Below, in pieces: positions 42,799 through 50,572 of a stretch of 64,000 bases of DNA (positions are counted from its first letter, which is position 1; every line of letters begins with the position of its first letter). A model generated the notes under the pieces. That model was not told the origin of the DNA. It worked only from the letters and a program-made list of their open reading frames with translations, and did not search any database. The position numbers were made by a program, and so were the translations under genes. The stretch is from Thermodesulfobacteriota bacterium (GTDB lineage: Bacteria; Desulfobacterota; Desulfarculia; JACQYL01), in the NCBI GenBank assembly GCA_963675595.2, contig CAXXLZ010000003.1:217358-281357 (forward strand), read 5' to 3'.

Positions 42799-43443
42799 AT
42801 GAAGTTTTTCATCGATACCGCCAATCTGGACGAGATTCGAGAGGCCAACGCATTGGGCGTCCTGGACGGTGTCACCACAAATCCGTCTTTGGCATCCAAA
42901 GAAGGCATGCCGTTCCATGAGCTGATTTTGGAAATTTGTCGAATTGTGGACGGACCGGTGAGTGCGGAAGTGGTTAGTGTCGAGGCGGACGCCATGGTGG
43001 CGGAAGCGCGGGAGCTGGCCAAGCTGCACGACAATATCTACGTGAAGATTCCTCTTCTGGCCGAAGGTCTGAAAGCGGTCAAGAGGCTCACGGCAGAGAA
43101 TATCCGCACCAACGTGACGTTGGTCTTCACTCCGACCCAGGCCCTGCTGGCGGCCAAGGCGGGCGCTTCCATCATCAGTCCCTTTGTGGGCCGGCTGGAC
43201 GACCTTTCCCAGGACGGTCTTGAAGTGGCCCGACAGATTCGGATAATCTACGATAACTACGGCTTCAAAACGGAGCTGCTTGTGGCCTCGGTTCGCCATC
43301 CGCTCCATGTACTGGAATCGGCTCTTATGGGTGCGGATATCTGCACCATGCCGTTGAAGGTGATCAACCAGCTCATTCACCATCCCATGACGGATATCGG
43401 CCTCAAGAAGTTCCTCGACGACTGGAACAAAGTCAAGGCTTAG
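42799..43443 (+). CDS. tal: transaldolase / fructose-6-phosphate aldolase (type 3B)
   Basis: [34 protein letters not shown] at 42799 follows AAGGAGG. The longer ORF from 42679 overlaps the previous gene. Confidence 0.9.
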   Translation: MKFFIDTANLDEIREANALGVLDGVTTNPSLASKEGMPFHELILEICRIVDGPVSAEVVSVEADAMVAEARELAKLHDNIYVKIPLLAEGLKAVKRLTAENIRTNVTLVFTPTQALLAAKAGASIISPFVGRLDDLSQDGLEVARQIRIIYDNYGFKTELLVASVRHPLHVLESALMGADICTMPLKVINQLIHHPMTDIGLKKFLDDWNKVKA

Positions 43444-43445
43444 GA

Positions 43446-44015
43446 GTGTCGAGAGTGAGAACGGTTCTCTCCATCGCGGGTTGCATGGCGTTTCTTTGGA
43501 CACTGTGTATCTCGCCCGCGGGAGCGGAGATTAGATGCTTTCGTGACGCCCGTGGCACGTTGATTTATACCAATGTGCCCGTCGAGTCCGGTTCGGCGGA
43601 TCTTCCGGCCGGGAAACACTTGTCCGTGGGAGTTTCGTTCGACCGCATGATTTCTCGCTTGGCGAAAAAGTACGCGCTGGATCCCGATCTTGTGAGGGCG
43701 GTGGTTGAAGTGGAGTCCAATTTCGACGAGCTGGCCCTATCCGGGGTCGGCGCCATGGGGTTAATGCAGTTGATGCCTTGGACCGCCGAAGAAATGGGAG
43801 TGGAGGACCCTTTCGAGCCTCTCAACAATCTTGAAGGCGGGTGTCGGTACCTGAGCCGGATGCTGGATCGGTTCGGCGACGTGGACCTTGCTCTGGCCGC
43901 CTACAATGCCGGGCCGGAAAACGTGAAGAAATACGATGGAATTCCTCCATATCAAGAGACACGAGACTATGTTGCAAAGGTGATGGCGTCATATGAACGT
44001 CTAAAGCGCCGATAG
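43446..44015 (+). CDS. lytic transglycosylase (SLT domain)
   Basis: Signal peptide; AVVEVESNFDELALSGVGAMGLMQLMP; AYNAGPENV. Confidence 0.85.
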   Translation: MSRVRTVLSIAGCMAFLWTLCISPAGAEIRCFRDARGTLIYTNVPVESGSADLPAGKHLSVGVSFDRMISRLAKKYALDPDLVRAVVEVESNFDELALSGVGAMGLMQLMPWTAEEMGVEDPFEPLNNLEGGCRYLSRMLDRFGDVDLALAAYNAGPENVKKYDGIPPYQETRDYVAKVMASYERLKRR

Positions 44016-44107
44016 TCCGTGGATGTCGGTGACAAAAAAATTACACGACCGCCATTATTTCTCATTGACATTCGCAAAGGATATACATAGGATACGTTTC
44101 GCTGTGG

Positions 44108-44183
44108 GCGGGAATAGCTCAGCTGGTAGAGCATCACGTTGCCAACGTGAATGTCGCGGGTTCGAATCCCGTTTCCCGCTCCA
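44108..44183 (+). tRNA. tRNA-Gly(GCC)
   Basis: Acceptor GCGGGAA/TTCCCGC, D arm GCTCAGCTGGTAGAGC, anticodon loop TTGCCAA, T loop GGTTCGAATCC, encoded CCA. Confidence 0.95.
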
Positions 44184-44199
44184 ATCTTGAGAGCTGACG

Positions 44200-44233
44200 A
44201 AGGCAAGCTGAATGCGGCTTGCCTTTGGTGTTT
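44200..44233 (+). terminator. hairpin terminator after tRNA-Gly
   Basis: AAGGCAAGC-8 nt-GCTTGCCTT followed by TGGTGTTT. Its position argues that pncB starts at 44242, not 44212. Confidence 0.5.
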
Positions 44234-44241
44234 CGGAGCCT

Positions 44242-45744
44242 ATGGAAAATCTGACGCTGCTCACCGATTTGTATGAACTCACCATGGTGGGAGGATACTT
44301 CGCCCAAGGCAGGAGTGAGCAGAAGGCGGTGTTCGACCTGTTCTTCCGCCATCCTCCCTTCAACAGCACCTTTTGCATCGCCGCCGGGCTGGAACAAGCG
44401 GTGCAATATATCCTGAACATCCACTTCGGCAAAGAAGAGATCGACTACCTATACAAGCTCAACTTGTTCCCCGATGATTTCCTCGACTATCTCAAGACGC
44501 TCCGCTTCAGAGGGGATATCTACGCGGTTCCCGAAGGTCGAGCCGTTTTCCCCAAGACGCCCATGATTGTTGTGAAAGCGCCCATCGCCGAGGCTCAGTT
44601 CATAGAAACCGCGCTGTTGAACATCGTAAATTTCGAGACTCTCATCGCCACCAAAGCCTCCCGGATTTTCCGCTCGGCCGAAGGGGGAAGCATCATCGAG
44701 TTCGGCAGCCGTCGCGCTCATGGTCCGGACGGCGCCATTTCCGCCACCCGGGCGGCGTATATCGGCGGATGCGCCGGTACCTCCAACGTAATGGCGGGAA
44801 AGAGATTTGGAATCCCGGTCACCGGCACGATGGCGCACAGTTGGGTAATGAGCTTCGCGGACGAACTCCAGGCGTTTCGCAAGTACGCGGAAATCTATCC
44901 TCGAGCCACGGTGTTGCTGTTGGATACCTACGACACTCTGGACAGCGGTCTGCCCAACGCGATCATCGTAGGAAGGGAACTTGAGGCGAGAGGTTTCAAA
45001 CTGGCGGGTGTCCGACTGGACAGTGGGGACTTGGCCTACTTGGCCACGGAGGTGTCCCAAAGGCTCGATAAGGAAGGATTGACGAATACTCGGATTGTGG
45101 TGAGCAACAATCTCGAAGAAGAGGTCATCAGCCAGATTCACTTGGACATCCGGTCCATGGCCGCCGCCAAGAAAATCGACGGCGAACGGATCATCAAGCG
45201 GCTGGATTACGGAGTGGGGACGCATCTGGTCACCTCCAAAGGGTCGAGCTCCTTGGGCGGTGTGTACAAAATGTCGGCCATTGAGTCCAATGGGACCCTC
45301 GTGCCTAAAATCAAGATATCGGATAATCCGGACAAGACCACGAACCCCGGCTACAAGAAGCTGTATCGCTTTTACGAAGGCGGAGAGATGCATCTGGACC
45401 TGATGACCACTGCGGATGAGGACCTCGAACCCGGCACGAAGATCCGTGCGATTCATCCGGATTTCCCTTACAAGCACACGGAACTCTCTCCCCTGGAAAA
45501 TTTCGAACCGATGCTCGAAACCATCATTAAGGACGGCAAGCAGGTTCGCACGCTGCCTAGCCTTTCGGAAATTCAAGAACGGATGAGGCAGGACCTGGAA
45601 CACCTGCACATCACCTACAAGCGGATGACCAATCCGCACATATACAAGGTCAGCCTGTCGGAGAAGCTTTCGGACCTGAAGCAGCGCCTGCTCAATGAGC
45701 AGCGCGCTGAAATGAAGAATGGGGTGCCTCTGAACCGAGGGTGA
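44242..45744 (+). CDS. pncB: nicotinate phosphoribosyltransferase
   Basis: MENLTLLTDLYELTMVGGYF N-terminus; ~500-aa NAPRTase architecture. Confidence 0.85.
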   Translation: MENLTLLTDLYELTMVGGYFAQGRSEQKAVFDLFFRHPPFNSTFCIAAGLEQAVQYILNIHFGKEEIDYLYKLNLFPDDFLDYLKTLRFRGDIYAVPEGRAVFPKTPMIVVKAPIAEAQFIETALLNIVNFETLIATKASRIFRSAEGGSIIEFGSRRAHGPDGAISATRAAYIGGCAGTSNVMAGKRFGIPVTGTMAHSWVMSFADELQAFRKYAEIYPRATVLLLDTYDTLDSGLPNAIIVGRELEARGFKLAGVRLDSGDLAYLATEVSQRLDKEGLTNTRIVVSNNLEEEVISQIHLDIRSMAAAKKIDGERIIKRLDYGVGTHLVTSKGSSSLGGVYKMSAIESNGTLVPKIKISDNPDKTTNPGYKKLYRFYEGGEMHLDLMTTADEDLEPGTKIRAIHPDFPYKHTELSPLENFEPMLETIIKDGKQVRTLPSLSEIQERMRQDLEHLHITYKRMTNPHIYKVSLSEKLSDLKQRLLNEQRAEMKNGVPLNRG

Positions 45745-45877
45745 TCTCCGAAGCGAAACGTGCGCGAAGCGCGCTCATTGGCCGCACGGAGCGCTTTGAA
45801 ACGCAAGGGATTCGGTGCGGGATGCAAATCGCTTGACGGGCCGTAACCCCTCGTGATAATGGACTTTCCAATTATTT

Positions 45878-45953
45878 GCCACCGTAGCTCAGCTGGTAGA
45901 GCAGTTGATTCGTAATCATCAGGTCGGCGGTTCGAGTCCGCCCGGTGGCTCCA
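45878..45953 (+). tRNA. tRNA-Thr(CGU), integration target of the island
   Basis: Acceptor GCCACCG/CGGTGGC, D arm GCTCAGCTGGTAGAGC, anticodon loop TTCGTAA (CGT), T arm GGCGGTTCGAGTCCGCC, encoded CCA. Confidence 0.9.
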
Positions 45954-45968
45954 TAAAATCAATAGGTT
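45907..45968 (+). repeat. attL: 62-bp direct repeat (3' part of tRNA-Thr plus 15 nt)
   Basis: Identical, 62 of 62 nt, to 62195-62256 by direct comparison. Confidence 0.95.
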
Positions 45969-45996
45969 AGACGAGGTCAAAGACAGAACAGATAAA

Positions 45997-46018
45997 TCGT
46001 GTCAGCAATATGTCAGCA
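45997..46018 (+). repeat. 22-nt repeat copy 1 (TCGTGTCAGCAATATGTCAGCA), candidate arm-type site
   Basis: 21 of 22 nt identical to 62057-62078 in the same orientation. It lies 29 nt inside attL. Confidence 0.6.
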
Positions 46019-46331
46019 CGAGACCGAATTTCGCCTAATAGAAAAGCCCCGGACCATGGTCTAGGGCTTTCGTGTTTTGGTGCTCCGCCTCTATACGAGG
46101 AGGGAGTGACTTGATGGGGCGAAATCGGGCATCGTCCCCGCACCGTTTTCGCCCAGTATCTTTTTCTGCCCTTTCTTGATCCGAGCAAAAACCATCCCTC
46201 CCGTTTGACCTGATCCGACAAAACCCCCTGATATGACGCGTTCTCAAGTCCGAAACGCGACGCTCCGGCGGCTTCAGCCCGAGGCACCGGTGTTTGGAAT
46301 CGTTTGATTTTCCGTAACAAAGCATAAAAGT

Positions 46332-46721
46332 TTGTGGTATGCATACTTATTTTCGCTGAAGGGAAAAATTTTGAATGTAAATGCATTCAAGGGGGTAAAA
46401 ATATGGGTATCCACTCGGCCTTTCTGCGGCTCTCCGTCTTGCGCAATCTTATTTCGAGTTCGAGCTCTTTCCGTGCTGTTGATGCTCTGTGCAAGTTGCA
46501 TGGCCTATGCTCAGGGCATTGAAGACGAACGGAATCCTTACTCCCGGCACGCCATACAGGAATCTCCCCATCCTGATCCACTGACCAGTGCAATCTCGCC
46601 AGGAGGGATCCCGAGTGTTTCGGTTCATCCATCCTCGGACCGAGCTGAATCCGCGACTCTGCCACCCCTGGAAGTTCCTCAGCGGAAGTCACTATTGACA
46701 GCGGTCATTTTTATTGTATGA
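46332..46721 (+). CDS. hypothetical small protein (weak call)
   Basis: 129-aa ORF containing a signal-peptide-like stretch LSVLLMLCASCMAYAQG. The start is unclear, and a competing 39-aa ORF with a good SD begins at about 46403. Confidence 0.2.
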   Translation: MWYAYLFSLKGKILNVNAFKGVKIWVSTRPFCGSPSCAILFRVRALSVLLMLCASCMAYAQGIEDERNPYSRHAIQESPHPDPLTSAISPGGIPSVSVHPSSDRAESATLPPLEVPQRKSLLTAVIFIV

Positions 46722-46808
46722 GATACCACCTGTTGGGGCGCGTGATGTGACCTTTGTTTCTATCAGGTCCCTTTCGGATCTGAAAGGAGAACGACTTTGA
46801 ATGCCTAG

Positions 46809-47033
46809 GCTGACATATCCCGATTAGTCCGTGAGCTTCGCGAACGAACGGGGCTCACCCATGAAAAATTCGCGGCTAAGCTCGGCGTGACCTACCCAAC
46901 CATCAACCGCTTGGAGAATAACCGCGCTAAGCCTTCCCCGCTGGTACTTAAACAGATTGAGGACTTGGCCCGGGGCCTGGGCAAACGGGGCAAAGACCTT
47001 CTACAGGAATTCTTCCCCGGAGAGGAGAGCTGA
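46809..47033 (+). pseudogene. XRE-family HTH regulator lacking a canonical start (probable frameshift at codon 3)
   Basis: Open frame [53 protein letters not shown], which is a typical XRE HTH. It contains no ATG, GTG or TTG. An ATG at 46801 lies one frame away and runs into TAG after 8 codons. Confidence 0.55.
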
Positions 47034-47034
47034 C

Positions 47035-48495
47035 ATGGCAAAAAACACGAACAATGGCGCGAATCTCGGCTTCGAATCTGAGCTCTGGCGTGCCGCCGAC
47101 GCGCTCCGTTCCAACATGGACGCCGCCGAGTACAAGCACGTCGTGCTCGGTTTGATCTTCCTCAAATACATCTCAGACGCCTTCGAAGAGCAACGCGCCA
47201 AGCTCGAAGCGGACCGAGCCCAGGGAGCCGACCCGGAAGACCCCGATGAGTACCGAGCCGTCAACATATTTTGGGTGCCCAAGGAGGCCCGCTGGTCCAA
47301 GCTCAAATCCGAGGCCAAGCAACCGACCATCGGCAAAACCCTCGATGACGCTATGCTCGCCATCGAGCGCGATAACCCCTCGCTAAAGGGCGTGCTGCCC
47401 AAGGACTACGCCCACCCGCGTCTCGATAAGCAGAGACTTGGTCAGCTCATAGACTTGGTCGGCAACATCGGTCTGGGAGATAAGGCCAACCGCTCCAAGG
47501 ATATTCTCGGCCGGGTCTACGAGTACTTTCTCTCTCAGTTCGCCAGCGCCGAGGGCAAGAAGGGTGGCCAGTTCTACACACCCCGCTGCGTCGTCCGTGT
47601 CCTGGTCGAGATGCTGGCCCCTTACAAGGGTCGAGTATATGACCCGTGCTGCGGCTCCGGAGGCATGTTTGTTCAATCGGTTGAATTCGTGAAGGCTCAC
47701 GCAAACGGCAATGGTAATGGAGGAAAATCAAAAGCCGATGTCAGCATCTTTGGTCAGGAGTCAAATCATACCACTTGGCGGCTGGCCAAGATGAATCTTG
47801 CCATCCGTCAGATCGAGAATAACCTCGGGAAGGAACACGCCGACAGTTTCCACCACGACCTGCACCCTGACCTCAAAGCCGACTATGTCATCGCCAATCC
47901 GCCTTTCAACGATTCCGACTGGCGCGGGGAACTGCTCAAGGACGACAAGCGATGGAAATTCGGCACACCGCCTGCCGGTAACGCGAATTTCGCTTGGGTT
48001 CAACACTTCATTCATCACCTGGCCCCGACCGGCTTGGCCGGCTTCGTTCTGGCCAACGGATCAATGTCCTCCAACCAATCGGGCGAGGGCGAAATCCGTA
48101 AAAACATCATCGAGGCCGACCTGGTGGACTGCATGGTGGCAATGCCTGGCCAACTTTTCTATTCCACCCAAATTCCGGTCTGCCTGTGGTTCATCGCTCG
48201 CGAAAAAAAGAACGGCCGCTTCCGCGATCGGCGCGGCCAGACGCTCTTCATCGACGCCCGCAAGCTGGGGACGATGATTGATCGTGTTCACCGTGAACTG
48301 ACCGAGGAGGATATCCGCAAGATCGCCGACACCTACCATGCCTGGCGGGGCGACAAAGCTGCCGGGGACTATGAAGATATATCCGGCTTTTGCAGGAGCG
48401 CCACGCTCGATGATATTCGCCATCACAACCACATCCTCACACCCGGCCGCTATGTCGGCGCGGCCGAGGTCGAAGACGACGGCGAACCCTCTTAA
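47035..48495 (+). CDS. hsdM: type I restriction-modification methyltransferase subunit HsdM (C-terminally truncated)
   Basis: N-terminal HsdM domain ([32 protein letters not shown]), motif [11 protein letters not shown] and motif IV NPPFN. It ends abruptly at ..EDDGEPS. ATG at 47035 lies 1 nt after the XRE stop. Confidence 0.85.
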   Translation: MAKNTNNGANLGFESELWRAADALRSNMDAAEYKHVVLGLIFLKYISDAFEEQRAKLEADRAQGADPEDPDEYRAVNIFWVPKEARWSKLKSEAKQPTIGKTLDDAMLAIERDNPSLKGVLPKDYAHPRLDKQRLGQLIDLVGNIGLGDKANRSKDILGRVYEYFLSQFASAEGKKGGQFYTPRCVVRVLVEMLAPYKGRVYDPCCGSGGMFVQSVEFVKAHANGNGNGGKSKADVSIFGQESNHTTWRLAKMNLAIRQIENNLGKEHADSFHHDLHPDLKADYVIANPPFNDSDWRGELLKDDKRWKFGTPPAGNANFAWVQHFIHHLAPTGLAGFVLANGSMSSNQSGEGEIRKNIIEADLVDCMVAMPGQLFYSTQIPVCLWFIAREKKNGRFRDRRGQTLFIDARKLGTMIDRVHRELTEEDIRKIADTYHAWRGDKAAGDYEDISGFCRSATLDDIRHHNHILTPGRYVGAAEVEDDGEPS

Positions 48496-49522
48496 GTATG
48501 CCTTGGCTAACTACACCGAGAGCGGCGGTAAGGGTCAGACGGCTATTGATCAGGAAGAGGCCGTGGCTGTCATGCTGGAGCGTTACGAGGTCTGCTGTGG
48601 CATCTTCCACGGCTTCGACTGGTCGACTTGGAAGACCGGTGGGCCGCAGGAAAGGCTTTCTGTGCTTCCGGCGGCGCAGGAGCATGTGCTGGGTCAGGAT
48701 GACGGTAAGAATCGGCTTGTGAAGGCGGTTGGCGAGTTGTCGAAGGCGTTTGCGCTGGCCGTTCCGCATGAGAAGGCACTGGAGATCCGGGACGACGTGG
48801 CTTTCTTCCAGGCGGTGAAGTCCGTGCTCACGAAGAGTACGGGGGACGGCCGCCGAAGTCCGGTGGAGATCGAACTCGCCATCCGGCAGATCGTTTCTAA
48901 GGCGGTGTCTTCGGATGAGGTCATCGACATCTTCGCGGCGGCCGGGTTAAAGAAGCCGGACATCTCGATCTTGTCCGATGAATTCCTATCGGAAGTGCGC
49001 GGCATGCCGCAAAGGAACTTGGCGGTGGAGATGCTGCGCAAGTTGCTGGAAGGCGAGATTAAAGCACGTGGGCGAAAGAACTTAGTCCAGGCTCGGTCGT
49101 TTGCAGAGCTCCTCGAGAATGCAATCAAGAAATACCAGAACCGGGCCATTGAAACGGCACAGGTGATCGAAGAACTGATCGCATTGGCCAAGGACCTGCG
49201 CGAGGCCAACCAGCGAGGCGAGAAGCTGGGGCTGACGGATGACGAGGTAGCTTTTTATGACGCGCTGGAGGTCAACGATAGCGCAGTGGCCGTCCTCGGC
49301 GATGAGACATTGCGGCTGATCGCTCAAGAACTCGTCAAGGCGGTGCGAAACAGCATTACCATCGACTGGACCGTCCGAGAAAACGTCCGGGCCCAGATGC
49401 GGGTGATCATCAAGCGCATTCTTCGAAAATACCGCTATCCGCCGGACAAACAGGCTCGTGCTACCGAGCTTGTCTTGGAACAGGCGGAAGTCCTTTGTAA
49501 GGACTGGACGGAAAGAGAATGA
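48494..49522 (+). pseudogene. hsdR: C-terminal fragment of type I restriction subunit HsdR (nuclease and helicase parts missing)
   Basis: [14 protein letters not shown]...[31 protein letters not shown]...[11 protein letters not shown]...[10 protein letters not shown] matches the HsdR C-terminal (DUF3387-like) region only. It begins exactly at the hsdM stop in another frame. No hsdS is present. Confidence 0.8.
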
Positions 49523-49741
49523 CGAACGAGGAGATAGCCAAATTCCTCAACGAAGAGGACTTCCGGAAAGACGTTACCGATTACCTTGCCAAAAAGGTCT
49601 ACAGGAAGATTCACGAGCAGGCCCGGGCCTCCGGCAGTCAGGGATGAGAAGCCTCTTCTGTGGAATCGGCCTGCAACCGGAATTCGATTGGCGGCAAACC
49701 CAGGTACTCGGAGCGACAGTCACTGGTAAGCCTTAACGAAT

Positions 49742-50545
49742 ATGGGAGTTTCCATGTGTGCTTTGGTCCTGAAATCAGGAGATAGACTGCGTGGTCCTAT
49801 CCAGTTGATTTTAGTATTAATATCTTTGGTTATTGTCGTATCTGTCGGATGCTCCACCGTCAGAGATTCAGACATGGCGGATGGAAGGCTGTCAAAGTTC
49901 AAAAGTATACAGGGCATATCAAAAGTTGTTTTCTTCTGGAAAGCCAGTAAAGCTAGACCAATTCCTATTCTAACGCTATATGATGGAAGTTCTCCTGTAA
50001 TAAATTTAGTCCCTTACACAAAATATTTCTATAAATGTTCTCCTGGAAAGCACATATTTAAATTATTTTCCATTAAACAAAAGTTGTGCGATTTTATGAT
50101 TGCTGATTTGGCACCTGAGCGAACCTATTTTGTTGAGCTGTTTGCTCTATATCATGAGAAACAAGTCGGAAAAGTATCCGGAATTTCGTCGGCAGCTACT
50201 TTTGGTTCCGGTAATCTGATTGGCTCTCTCGGTGGTTTTAGTGGGACAATTACATCAAGCAATATGATGGTCAAACTGATACCAAGAGACCTGAAGTCCG
50301 AGTCGCTTAACCTTGTTCTGAAGTCGACCGCCTACTGCAGTGACAGATCGGAAGAAGATCCCATTGAGCCTTGGGTGGAGAAATGGCGTGGTGAGATACA
50401 TTTCTTGGACTTGGAAGCGAAGCGTATCTTTTCGGAATTGGATCCTGGGCTGCGCAACCGCATGGATTATGATTATGGCATGAAGCTGACAAAAACGGAA
50501 CTTGATCCGTTCATCAGAATGCACTCAAAGGCGTCCGACGATTAG
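49742..50545 (+). CDS. hypothetical lipoprotein (N-terminal part DUF2846-like?)
   Basis: Lipobox LVIVVSVGCS. The gene is AT-rich and convergent with the protease gene. No confident family assignment. Confidence 0.55.
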   Translation: MGVSMCALVLKSGDRLRGPIQLILVLISLVIVVSVGCSTVRDSDMADGRLSKFKSIQGISKVVFFWKASKARPIPILTLYDGSSPVINLVPYTKYFYKCSPGKHIFKLFSIKQKLCDFMIADLAPERTYFVELFALYHEKQVGKVSGISSAATFGSGNLIGSLGGFSGTITSSNMMVKLIPRDLKSESLNLVLKSTAYCSDRSEEDPIEPWVEKWRGEIHFLDLEAKRIFSELDPGLRNRMDYDYGMKLTKTELDPFIRMHSKASDD

Positions 50546-50572
50546 CTTCCATCAAGATTCCTCTCCCCTCTG

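Noticed and set aside
46957-47034. 26-codon extension of hsdM (TTG at 46957). Also the front part (48338-48493) of the hsdR-stub ORF.
   Set aside because: The extension overlaps the XRE frame. The conserved HsdM N-terminus starts at [14 protein letters not shown] (47035). The first 52 codons of the stub ORF are an out-of-frame read of the hsdM 3' end.
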